Positions 34,986 to 45,812 of a stretch of DNA of 64,000 nt are shown in pieces. Position numbers and translations under genes: made by a program. Source of the stretch: Diplonema japonicum (Eukaryota; Protista; Euglenozoa: Diplonemea); the NCBI GenBank assembly GCA_964019335.1, contig OZ025707.1, positions 434,001 through 498,000 on the forward strand. The letters run 5' to 3'. Positions within the stretch are counted from its first letter, which is position 1. Each line of letters starts with the position of its first letter. The notes under the pieces are model-generated. The model was not told where the DNA came from. It saw only the letters and a list, made by a program, of their open reading frames with translations, and searched no databases.

Positions 34986-35068
34986 TTGTTTATTGCTAAA
35001 GAGTAGTGGTAGCATTGTTGGGCTTATCCTTCTACAGGTTAACCCCCCGGCTGTTCACAAACAACAAT
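34986..35068 (+). repeat. Module A, reference-like copy
   Basis: TTGTTT/AAACAA basal stem, AAAGAGTA, GTG-GTAGC/GCTGT-CAC stem and TATCCTTCTACAGGTTAA apex. Confidence 0.6.
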
Positions 35069-35618
35069 CAACGGACTTTTTTTTTTCTTTTTTTTTTTTT
35101 TTCCAGCGCTGCCACGCAGATAGAGAACAGCAGGTAGGCACCCGACAAGTCAACAGGGGACAGAACGAGGTGAAACCTTTTTTTTTTCAAAATGTCCAGT
35201 ACTTTTTTTGTTTGTTTGTTGTAAAAAAAAAGAAGAAGAAAAAAAAAACTAGAATTTGTATGAAAAAGGATGAAGTCGAATTTTTTTTTTATTTACATCA
35301 CCTTTTGTTCTTTTTTTTTCTCTCTCTCTTTTTTTCCCCCCCCCTTTTTTTTTCTTTGAACCAGTGAAAAAAAAAAGCATAATAAAACAATCGATTTATT
35401 TCCTCTTTTTTTTTTATTACTTTACTTCTTTTTCTTTTTGTAGTTTTTTTTTTTGCGCTCCGCTTCCCATCCCCTCCCCCCACCTGGCTACTGCCCATGC
35501 AAGCACCATGTGCGCAGGGGGGCAACTAAAAAATGTGTTGGTGAGGTTCGTGTTCCTTCATTCTTTTTTTTTTTCCCCCTCTTTTTTATAACACAATCAC
35601 CAAACAAACAGGAGGGAA

Positions 35619-38501
35619 ATGGGCGTCCCGGGATTCTTCGGCTGGCTGGTGCAGCGATGCAGGGCTGCATTAGTGGCTGCACGAAACCCAAACAGCAAGC
35701 CGGGGGACAAGGAAAAGAAGGAAACAGGCGAAGGTGAAGCAGAGCTGTCACGGACACAGATGGACTGCCTGTACCTGGATCTAAACGGGATTATCCACCC
35801 TTGTTGCCATCCAGACACAAACGCCCCGACAACAGAGGAGGAGATGATGAGCAGAATATGTCAGAAAATCGATGAAATTGTTCAACTTGTACGGCCCACG
35901 ACCCTCTTGTTCCTTGCTATTGACGGGACGGCCCCCAGAGCCAAGATGAACCAGCAGCGGACAAGACGCTTCAGAGCTGCTCAAATGCGCGAGACGGAAA
36001 AGGATATCATCGAAGAGGTCAAGCAAGACTGGCTTGACTCGAAGGTCAAGCCCCCTGCAGACAAAGACATTGAAGTGTGGGACAGCAACGTGATCACCCC
36101 CGGCACCCCTTTCATGGACAAGGTAGCAAAGCACCTTGAGTACTACCTCGCGCTCAGGCTAAGCAAGGACCCTGTCTGGGAAGGCCTCACCGTATTGTTC
36201 TCCGGCTCTAACGAACCCGGCGAAGGTGAACACAAAATCATCCAATACATCAAAAGGCAACGCATGGCACCCGGCTACAACCCAAACACAACGCATTGCA
36301 TTGTCGGTGAAGACGCCGATCTGATCATGTTGGCAATGTCCATTCACTCACCACACATCTACATCCTCCGTGGAGCGCGGCCTCCAAGAGGCAGAGAACG
36401 GGAGAAGGACGACCCGCGATGGAATTATCTTGTGATATCCATTATCACCGCGTACTTCGAAAAAGTCTTCCAGTCAGTGCTCACCGACGAGAGCATTCCG
36501 AAGGAGAAGCGCGACCTTCAAAGAATGCTCGACGACCTCACGCTGGTCTTCTGCTTGGTTGGGAACGACTTCCTCCCGCACATCCCGGGGATGAAGATCC
36601 AACACAACGCGCTTGCAGTCTCCCTCCTGGCGTACGTGGAGGTGTTCAGGGAGCTGGACGGTTACCTCACCGATCACGGTGATATCGATCTTCCCAAGCT
36701 TGGCATTCTGTTAGGACGGCTTTCAAACAATTTCCGCACGGTCACTGACTCCGACGCAGACAGAGCCGCGCAGGAGGAGATGCAAACAAGGCCACCCCCA
36801 CAGCCTCCCACCATCCCTGAGATCGTCCAGATGAATAGTGTTGGAAAGAAACAAGCCTTCCTAGCAACCGTGAAGTACCATTTGGACATGCATATTGAGA
36901 GAGACATTGAAGAGCAGAAGGCGAACGACAAGGTGTGCGTTGGGAAGGTCGGCTGGGAGGACCGTCACTACCTCGAAAACTTCCCCGAGATGAAGGAGCT
37001 CGTTGATGTGGACGACGAGGCGAAACAAGAGAAACTGGAAGACCTGAAAAAAGACGTTGCAAAGGAGTACCTGAAAGGTTTGTGCTGGGTGGTGGCGTAC
37101 TACTTCCAAGACTGTCCGTCGTGGTCGTGGTACTACCCTTACCATTACTCACCGGTTCTGAACACGGTGGACTGCAGCGTGTTCGAAGACGAGAAGATGG
37201 TGATGCCGCCCAAGTCGAAGCCGTACACACCCTTCGAGCAGCTGTCAGCCGTCCTCCCTGAAACGACCGCCACAAAGGTGCTCCCCAAGTCCATCACAAA
37301 GTGGTTGATCAACAAGAAGTCCCCGTTGTTCAAGTTCTACCCGAAGTCGTTCTATGTGGACCTCAGAGCGTGCCCGCCGCCATGGCACTGCACGGTCATC
37401 CTGCCGTTCATAGAGGACAAGGTGTACCTCCCGATCCTCAAAAAGCTTCAAAAGAAGGTGAAGGACGAGTCCGACGTCAAACGAAACGGGTCGCGCCCAC
37501 CGATGGTCCTGGTGGGCAAAGCGAACAAACTGTTCAAAGCCGTCAAGAAGCAGCCCAACGGGACAGTGGGGTACTCCAAGTGCAACATTGCTGCGCAGTA
37601 CACATCGGGGTCAGTGCTTACTACCCTTGACTCCCCATTCTCCGCTGACTACGCTACGGATTACCCAACAGTGGAGGAGAGCGGAGTTGCCATCGCAGAT
37701 GTTTCATTCCCGCCTTTGGAAAACAAGTCTATGATGCTTGAAGGGACGAACGTTCCCGACCACTCAGCCAGGTTGAAGCCGGGGCAAGGCTGCAAGAAAC
37801 CATCGTTCTCTTTCCAGTCCAGAACAATGAAGGCGGGGCTGCCTATTGTGCTTCAACCGGGGAAGGCGCTGAACTCGCTGCAAATTTACTGGGCAGGCGA
37901 CGTGCTACCCTGCATGCACTACGCCAACTGGGGGAAGTGCAAGTACGGGGACGATTGCAGGTACTCACATGATGCCGATGCGGTTAAGAACAACAGCTAC
38001 AACAGCAACAGCGGGAAGAGAACGGCCAGTGTGCTCATTGACGAGGCACCACGGGAGCCTGCCAAGAAGAAGCAGAAGAAGGAGGTTGTTGACTGCACCA
38101 AGCTGTACATCTGTGGCGGGGCAAACATGTCACGAAGTGACCTGGAAACCTTCATTTCAAAGCGAACAGGCATCACACCTGACAAAGTTAAATGGAAGGT
38201 ACCGGGTGGGAAGTCCACAGGTACTGCCGTTGTTCGCTTTGCCACTACCGAGCAGGGGCAGGCTGTGTGTGAGAAGGTCACTGGTAGTACTCTCCCCGGT
38301 TCCTCCCATCCCCTGTCTGTGGAGAAGGCCCCTCAGAAGACAGAAACGCCTGCAGTGGTCCCCGCTGAAGCGCCCCCTGCCAAGAAGCAAAAGAAATCGC
38401 AACCGTCCGCAGCACCTGCGGAGCCGTCCAAGGCACCTTCTGCATCTCCCATAAAGAAGCAAAAAAAGAAGTTGAAGAAGAAAAAGAAGTCCCAACAATA
38501 A
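35619..38501 (+). CDS. XRN-family 5'-3' exoribonuclease (XRN2/Rat1/XRND-like) with C-terminal CCCH zinc finger and RRM
   Basis: MGVPGFF, YLDLNGIIH, AIDGTAPRAKMNQQR.RRF, DSNVITPGTPFM, PGEGEHKI, DADLIML and GNDFLP are all intact. C-x8-C-x5-C-x3-H at ~37911-37970; RNP2/RNP1-like KLYICG and TGTAVVRF; Lys-rich tail. Confidence 0.93.
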   Translation: MGVPGFFGWLVQRCRAALVAARNPNSKPGDKEKKETGEGEAELSRTQMDCLYLDLNGIIHPCCHPDTNAPTTEEEMMSRICQKIDEIVQLVRPTTLLFLAIDGTAPRAKMNQQRTRRFRAAQMRETEKDIIEEVKQDWLDSKVKPPADKDIEVWDSNVITPGTPFMDKVAKHLEYYLALRLSKDPVWEGLTVLFSGSNEPGEGEHKIIQYIKRQRMAPGYNPNTTHCIVGEDADLIMLAMSIHSPHIYILRGARPPRGREREKDDPRWNYLVISIITAYFEKVFQSVLTDESIPKEKRDLQRMLDDLTLVFCLVGNDFLPHIPGMKIQHNALAVSLLAYVEVFRELDGYLTDHGDIDLPKLGILLGRLSNNFRTVTDSDADRAAQEEMQTRPPPQPPTIPEIVQMNSVGKKQAFLATVKYHLDMHIERDIEEQKANDKVCVGKVGWEDRHYLENFPEMKELVDVDDEAKQEKLEDLKKDVAKEYLKGLCWVVAYYFQDCPSWSWYYPYHYSPVLNTVDCSVFEDEKMVMPPKSKPYTPFEQLSAVLPETTATKVLPKSITKWLINKKSPLFKFYPKSFYVDLRACPPPWHCTVILPFIEDKVYLPILKKLQKKVKDESDVKRNGSRPPMVLVGKANKLFKAVKKQPNGTVGYSKCNIAAQYTSGSVLTTLDSPFSADYATDYPTVEESGVAIADVSFPPLENKSMMLEGTNVPDHSARLKPGQGCKKPSFSFQSRTMKAGLPIVLQPGKALNSLQIYWAGDVLPCMHYANWGKCKYGDDCRYSHDADAVKNNSYNSNSGKRTASVLIDEAPREPAKKKQKKEVVDCTKLYICGGANMSRSDLETFISKRTGITPDKVKWKVPGGKSTGTAVVRFATTEQGQAVCEKVTGSTLPGSSHPLSVEKAPQKTETPAVVPAEAPPAKKQKKSQPSAAPAEPSKAPSASPIKKQKKKLKKKKKSQQ

Positions 38502-38721
38502 GAATAATCACCCCCCTCACCCCTCCTCCTCACCCCTCACACAACACACAAATATCTTAAGCATCCATCCATCCATCATAGTGTACAATATTTCATTTTC
38601 TAAAAAAAAAAAGATTTACCCCCCCCCTTTTTTTGTACTTCTTTTCCTTTCTGAAGTTTTCCGCACACCCTCTGTCCCTCATCATATACATTTTATGAAC
38701 AAGAAAAGAAAAAGGGGGGGA

Positions 38722-38752
<31 letters not shown>

Positions 38753-38815
38753 CCCTGCAGAGGAGGGAGGGCGGGAGGCAGGCAGGCCGAAAAGCTAAGA
38801 AAGAAAAAAGAAACA

Positions 38816-39840
38816 ATGTCCGCGGGGGGGTTCGTGCCGTTCATATGCGTGACGGTCAACGGGGTTGTCGTGAAGCTGCCGACGCCGTCCATGAAGAGAG
38901 TGGCGAAGACGGTGCTGAAAGGGGAGAAGATGAACAACCTGGACATCCACACGCAGGAGGACGACTTCACTGTGTGCATCACCCTGACGGTACCCTTCCC
39001 AACAGACAGCGGCGACGTCGACTGGGGTGTGTCTGCGAGGTTCATGACAGAGTCAGGCAACGACCCTGAGTACGTGCTTGGCGTCATCTCGTCACAGATG
39101 ACGCACCCTAAGGTCTTCACACAGAAAGTACCTATTAAGTCAAGTTGCGTATGTTATCTTTTTTTCTTTTTTTCACGACAAGCCCCTCCCCTTTCCAAAC
39201 AGCTGACAGGCATAAAATTCAAAGCCATGCCGCAAATGACCGACAGAAAGGAACACCGTGAGATGCTCCTGCAACACCTGGATGAGGTCATGTCTGAGAA
39301 AATGCAGGCATTGACCGCGTTGGTATCGGAAAAAAAAGAAAATAAAAAGAAAATAAAAAAAAATAGGAAGACCCTGAGAAGATTGCAGCGGAGGAGAGGG
39401 TGGTCAAGGCGGGTTCCGAAGAGCTTCGGAGGTTGGTGGACGCAAAGCTGAGAAACACCGATTTGAACGAAGAGGTGTGGCTGGAGTTTTTAAAGCACCA
39501 GAACAAGTTCATGGTGGAGACAGACGTCAAGAAGGAGCTCATCGTATCAGAGATGTTCAGCAAAAAGAAAGACCCTTACTACTGCTCCGAGGCGCCAGTA
39601 AACTACGAGGATGTTATTGTTGATAGGGTAGTGCGAGCGCTGAAGGAGAACGGTTCCCTGGAGCTCCCTCTCCTTATGGAGATCCTTTGGACAGACGAGG
39701 AGCCCCTCCTCCGCCAAGCGACCCGGAGGGTGCTATGCCCCAACTGGAAGGTCCTCAAGGAAATACTCTATGACAATAAGAATAAGTTTGAATGGAAGAC
39801 CAACCACAACCCCCCTTACATCTGTTTGAAAAATAACTGA
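38816..39840 (+). CDS. Nucleoplasmin-like N-domain plus small helical/winged-helix-like C-domain protein, paralog 1; exons 38816-39148, 39203-39322, 39367-39840
   Basis: Introns 39149-39202 and 39323-39366. Shares PFI.V..NG, Y.LG and PNWK.L..IL with 42472-43757. The fold call is inference. Confidence 0.6.
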
Positions 39841-40130
39841 AAAAGATTTTTTTTGGGAGGGGTTGGAGAGTGAGTTTCTTTTTGTTTAATCCGGGATCTA
39901 AGGTTTGGTAGGGGGAAAAAAGAAGAAAGCACACACAAAGAAAAAGAAAAGGGATAACTTGCTCCATATATTTTGTTTCTTTTTTTTTTCTGCTCGGCCG
40001 AGGTGCGCCCCCTGTAATTAAGCAGACAGTGCTTGTGCAGCGTGTCACTGGCCTCCAATATATATATTTTCTTTTCTTCTGTACCCCCCCTGCCTTCATA
40101 TCAAAGTTCAATTATTAACAATAAAGATAT

Positions 40131-41135
40131 GAGCTCGTCCGGACGAAAATGTCAACACTTTTTTGGGCACCTCCGAAAATTTCTTGTTTTGATTATTTGA
40201 GCAAAAAAAGGGCAGCATGCAACCATAGGAAGATGACATATATGGTATGACGCCGTTCTTTCAATTGCGATGCTTGTTTTGCCATGAGGGTGGCAGGCTT
40301 TGCAACCGGCTGCCCCCAGGAAGCGAAAAATAGAGGTCAGAAAAACGGCGGAAAATGTTTAAAATGCAATTTTATTGCTTAAAATGCAGCATCTAGGGTG
40401 CATAAAATTGGTGATCAAGCGCACTTGTGACCCCTGGGTACAACCCAGGGTCGGGTTACTGTTAAAAGTACTTAGCGAAAAATATATGGCGCCGCATAGC
40501 CCCCGAAAATCCGGTTTTTTACACCCTATTTTTTGGCTTTTTCAAGGGGTTCCTAAGGGATTTTGGCCTTTTTCAGAAAAACCAATTCTTAACACTTGCC
40601 TGCTCATGCAGAGCTTCGACATTGGTATCTTTGGGGTCAAACTTTCATTCTCAACCCATCTGCTGATGGTTTTCCTTTTCTTTTGCACCCATATTACTTT
40701 AAAAGTGAAAGTTTTGCTTTTTAAGGGGTTTTAAAGGGATTTTAGCCTTAAATAGGCCAAAATGGCACTGTAAGGGTAAGTTCTCCCCACCCCATTTTAA
40801 TAGAGATTTAGAGTCCAGCCCACCCAAAATGACCCCAAAGGTTTCACAGATTTTCAGCCTGCGTCCATTCCTCCTGTCACTTTTCACGGAAAAACGAAAA
40901 TAAAAAATGGAGTCTGGGTTATTTGTAACTTCCAAATTGAATCGTTTGCCAAAAACCATTCTAAAAAACATGTTTTTGCACGTGCGTTTTAAAAATAAAA
41001 CAAACGGCGAGCATTTTGACCTATATGGTGTTCAAGCACAAAGTGGTGTCGGACTACTTTTTTACTTAGAAATTTAACGGGGGTTTTCCGCCGCATAGGA
41101 GGGTCATTTGTTGACATTTTTTTCCGGACGAGCTC
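40131..41135. mobile_element. Non-autonomous TIR element (~1 kb), Sola-like (GAG...CTC ends, 4-bp TSD)
   Basis: TIR GAGCTCGTCCGGAcgAAAATGTCAACA / TGTTGACATTTTtttCCGGACGAGCTC; ATAT at 40127-40130 and 41136-41139; no transposase ORF. Confidence 0.85.
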
Positions 41136-41381
41136 ATATATAAAAAAGAAAAAAATTACGCACCCCCCCCGGCAACTTTTTTTTTTTGCTGTTTTCAAAA
41201 AGAACAAAAAAAAAAAAAGAGGGGGAAGGGGGATTGGAGTAGTTATTGCAAATGTCTCGCAACTTTGTGTGTACAAGGCAATGAAAGGCTGCACCTACGG
41301 CTTCCCCCCCCTTTTTTTTTCTAAATGTCTCCTTTTTTTTTTGGCGTTACCGAGTATACAAAAATCGGGAATCCCCCTCAG

Positions 41382-41412
<31 letters not shown>

Positions 41413-41439
41413 GAACAAGTAAACAAATTTTGAAAAGAA

Positions 41440-41513
41440 TTGTTATTGCAGGAAAAGAGTGGAGCTGGTCCGTTTACCCCTACTGTAGGAAAACGGCTTG
41501 CACAAAACAAAGA
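41440..41513 (+). repeat. Module A copy
   Basis: GAATTGTTATTGC..AAGAGTG-GAGCTG...TTTACCCCTACTGTAGG...CGGCTT-GCACAAAACAA, then AGA; collinear with 34986-35068. Confidence 0.55.
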
Positions 41514-41727
41514 AGCCCTTATCAGGTACTTGCGGGAGGTGCTGTGACCCCTTTTTTTGAAGTAGCCCCGGTATGGGGAAAATAAAAAGATTTGTTATTT
41601 CGAGTGAAAAGTTCCTTAATCTGCGTCGACAGGGGAAGAAAAGATGGGAGGGGGAGAGGGTAAGTGTCTTTGCTGCCTTTTTTTTTTCCCCTTTTTTCCC
41701 TTGTAAAATTGTGTTTCTTTTTTTTTT

Positions 41728-41797
41728 GGGGATAGGTGCAGGTAGAAGATGAGAACAAGGGGGCGTCTCACAAAGACTTCCTTTAACTCATATATAT
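41728..41797 (+). repeat. Module B, full-length copy
   Basis: GTGCAGGTAGAAG-ATGAGA-ACAAGGGGGCG-TCTCAC-AAAGACTTCC-TTTAACTC-ATA; the 3' 50 nt are identical to 54594-54643. Confidence 0.8.
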
Positions 41798-41899
41798 TTT
41801 TTTTCTTTTTGGCCTGCGGCTCTCGCGCGGAGTTTGCATGTGTCATCGACTTTGTTTTCTTTTTTTTTCCAACGGAAACTCTCGAGTTTATGACTCTTA

Positions 41900-41934
<35 letters not shown>

Positions 41935-42410
41935 TGATGTATGGGGATGTGCCAAAAGCCGTCCTTTTTCGTTGTTAATATGTCCCCGGAGAAAGATAGT
42001 AAAAAAAAGAAATTGTGTCTTTATCAAAGCAGGTGGACTTTTCTGCCTATTTTTTTTCTGGGGTCATTTTATGGGAAAATCCAAAAAAAAAAACCGAGTT
42101 CAAGTTTACCCCCCCTTTTTTTCTTGGAACTTTCCCTCCCCTCCATCGAAATATCTTATTTACAATTCAAAAGAAAAGAAGAAAGAGGGGGGGGGGGGGG
42201 GGGAAAGGAAAACGCCCCGCTAAGTACTAAAGAACTAGAAAAGAATGCCGTCCCCACCCAAAAGAAAAAAAAGAAGGAAGCGAAGGGGGGGGGGGGGGGG
42301 GGGACGTTTAAGGAAAAAAGGGAAAAAAAGAAACAGGAAGGGCTTTTCATTTGTCTTTTTTTTTTTTATATTTTATCCTCTTCTTTTTTAATGTATTTTC
42401 TCGTTCTTGC

Positions 42411-42471
<61 letters not shown>

Positions 42472-42476
<5 letters not shown>

Positions 42477-43757
42477 GTTCTCACACAGAGCTTCGTTCAC
42501 AGCACCGCTGCCTTCTAGCACGCATACGGCAGCTGTCCCGAGTTCCTTCGACAACCTGACGGGGTTGGGACAGCAGCCCAGCGGGCTGACACAGACCACT
42601 ATGCCCTTTTTCCCCACTTTTTTAAACGACATAATCGGAAACGAGAAAATAGCATGGACAGGTTGCTATGAGATGGATGCCGAGGGGGAGGGGGAGGAGG
42701 TCGGGGGGGAGGACTGCGACAAGACCCCCCCCAAGCTGGACGAGTACCGGGATTGCCCGTTCATATCCGTCGCCCTCAACGGGGAGGAGCTGAGGCTCCC
42801 CCTCCCCACCACCAACACCACAGAGGACAATTACGAACATCTTGTCACCCCCGCAATGGACCCTTTCCCCAGCCGGCAGTTCTTCGACCTCCACGTGTCC
42901 ATGATTATCCCCTTCGACACCGTCAAGGACGAGGCGTGGGATTCTTATGAGTACGACGTCACGGTGGACTTCGAGAATGCTACAACCAGCGACAGAAGGT
43001 CTTACTTCCTGGGCACGCTTACAGGGGGTCTGCAACCCGCACCTATTGTATCCGAGAAACTACTGTTCAAGCCGACCACGGTATTGTCTTTTATTTCATT
43101 TCATGACAAAAAAAAAAAAAAAAAAAAAAGATGACGTTCAAAGTGAGCACGAGAAACTGGAAGACCTCAATGCTGCCTTGCGCGGGACGCCCCGAACCGG
43201 ATGTGCTGCGCTTGATAGGTTCGATCCTCAAACTGTTGGAGCTGAAATGTGTCACGGGGTATGTAATCTCCACAATAAAAAAAAGAAAAATAATAAAAAA
43301 ATAAAGTTCCGGCCCGATCAAAGCGACACGGTTAAGAAGCGATATTAAAGAAACATCGAGCAACGAGCTGATCATCGCAGGGTTGAAGGACATGAAGTGG
43401 ACTGAGTTTTTGAAAAAACTGCATGACCAGGGCTACCTGTGGATGACGTCGAAGGGGCAAGAAAACTGGGTGTCCCTCCTCCCCCACGACAAGGAAGATT
43501 GCACCAACTCGATGGCCGAGAAGCGAAATGTAGCCCAGTGCATGACACACTTGCTTCAGTACAACAGGATGACACCCATATCAGATGCCATGGATATGCT
43601 CTTCGATCACCCAAAGGCCAGCGGCGACCTCTGGAAGATGATGTCGCCAAACTGGAAGACGCTACGAAGGATCCTTGTCAGCCAGGAGGCCAACGAAGCT
43701 CATATCCACTTGGACCCTTGCGGCGATGGGTGTGTGAAGGTATCGCTACTCGAGTGA
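42472..43757 (+). CDS. Nucleoplasmin-like domain protein, paralog 2; exons 42472-43080, 43131-43258, 43307-43757
   Basis: Introns 43081-43130 and 43259-43306 restore the frame. YFLGTL...Q......LLF...MTFKV...VLRLIG resembles an NPL beta-barrel; PNWKTLRRIL is shared with paralog 1. Confidence 0.6.
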
Positions 43758-43842
43758 ACTGGAAAAATGGAACGAACAACGCTTGGAGGGGGGGGAGGGG
43801 GAGTGTTCTTTTACAGTGTTTTTTTTTTTTAAAAAAGAAATT

Positions 43843-45583
43843 GGGTAAAATTCAAAATAGGGGTACAGAATTTAGCCCTTTTTTGGATTTGGCTATAAAA
43901 TGACCTAAGGTGAGGAAGAACACCTCACGGTTGTCACCAAAACCACCCTGTGGGCCCATTCCTGGGTGACAACAGTGATAGGCGCACGTATTTTGGGAAT
44001 ATTTCCCTGTTTTTGTGTGTTTTTGGGCCCTTTTTGGGACTTGTCAAGAATGGACAGATTTTCCTGTTTTTCGTAGGTGCGCCAAAAAAATGGAAAAAAT
44101 ACATGTTTCAAAGTTGAGTGGGGGTGGGTTGTACCCAGAGGTGTCGTAGGGTGTGAAACATGCCATTTCCTCACCCCAGGGGGGTCATTTTATGAATCAG
44201 AAAAAGAACTGGAAACCCCTGACACCCCCTGTCACCCCCCCTGTCATAGGGGGGCACCCCCTGACACCCCCTATGACAGGGCTCAGAACACCGTCTTTTT
44301 GACATGTTGCATGTCAAAACACTATATTTTACCCCAAAAACACCGAAACACCACGGATACCACCCCATGGGACCCTTGAAAACAAGTCTAAAATCGACTT
44401 TGCAATCCTGGAAGGGGAGCGGTTTATGGCCAAAAAGGAGTTACGTAAGACATGGAAACTGGACAAATCGAGTTTAAATTTGTTTCTGCAGCATATTAAG
44501 AACACAGCACTCTTAAGAAAAGCTGGAAAGAGGTTCAGGTGCTTCAAGTGCAGCCACACAACAGAAGGTTGCGCATTGTCTCGAGAAGGTTCTGTGTCGT
44601 CAACAGAGTCAAGCCCCGCAAGTCCTGCTAATGAAAGTCCGTCTGAAAACAATCGCAAACAAGGTGCAACACTCCACGGCCTGCAAGACTTGCAGCTGAG
44701 TATAGTAACCCCATTTAGCGAACGGACCAGAGGGTGAGCTGATCGTCCTCAGTGTGGACTTCAAGAAGAAGCCCAAAATCCCGATGAGGGTGGAACAGCC
44801 GAACCAAGATTTTTATAATCAAGCTGGGTTCGCATTTCTGGGTTTCACAGCCCATTATTTAGAAGGCGAGGAAACAAAAGTCCATCACTTTGACTTCTTA
44901 TTAAGGTCCCTCAACCAAGACAGTCCTGTTGTCATCAGCTGTTTTGAAACCTTAATGAAAGAGGACCTGTTCAAAACGAAGCTCAAATCACGAAGTTTGA
45001 ACATATGGTGCGACTCTGGGAAACACTTCCAAAGCCAGGTCGTCGCATCCTTTTCCTTCTCCATTCCCAAACCCGTTTCTTAAATTTCTTTCCGGGCTGA
45101 CACGGAAAAAACGAATGTGACTCACACTTCGGGGTGGTCTCCAGAACTGTCATGCCCTATGTGCGCCACACATCAACATCCTCACTCAGCGACTATCAAA
45201 GAGTCGTAGCCGGCATCTCTTCTACAACTGCCATTCTAATGGACTTAAAAACCACTACTCGCGAGATGCAGGTGTTGGATATCCCCTTAATCACGGCCAT
45301 ACCCTCCTATTCGGTCACGAAGAGACCCAAGAGAGCGATAGCAAAACTTCCTTTTGCAGGTTCGTCTGAAGGTCTGCTTATCTCCACTACTACCACCAGT
45401 GTTCAGGTGAAGCACGATGTAAGGGAAAGAAGTTTATTCACCATTTTAGTGGTTCTCCCACCCCCACTTGGTTCCTAGGGGGTCTGTGATGGCGAAAACC
45501 ACCCAGAAACACCTCGGGAGGGCGTGGAAAGACATCAGGGCAATCCAGTGCTAAATTCTGTACCCCTATTTTGAATTTTACCC
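43843..45583 (+). mobile_element. Degenerate Sola2-like DNA transposon with a pseudogenised transposase
   Basis: Perfect 34-bp TIR GGGTAAAATTCAAAATAGGGGTACAGAATTTAGC; AATT TSD at 43839-43842 and 45584-45587. Remnants VDFK, NIWCDSGKHF and NFFPG*HGKNECDSHFG are split by a frameshift and a stop. Confidence 0.88.
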
Positions 45584-45666
45584 AATTCTTTTTTTTTTTT
45601 TATATATATATACCTGTCCTTTAAGTTCCGTTCTTTCCTCTTTATTTTTATGGGGGTGGTGGTGAT

Positions 45667-45688
45667 ATAACTGGCTTGTCGCGACGTT

Positions 45689-45720
<32 letters not shown>

Positions 45721-45768
45721 ACCTAGACAAGCAGAATTGTCTAAGGGTTGGATTGTTCACCCACTAAC

Positions 45769-45812
<44 letters not shown>

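Noticed and set aside
25154-38501. Functional operon of RNA-metabolism genes (PWI, NELF-C/D, XRN)
   Set aside because: These genes are interspersed with unrelated ones, and directional clusters in euglenozoans are generally not functionally grouped; no evidence beyond proximity.
45098-45100. In-frame TGA in the Sola2 transposase as recoding or an alternative genetic code
   Set aside because: The same ORF also has a frameshift, and host genes use TGA as a normal stop; this is simple decay.
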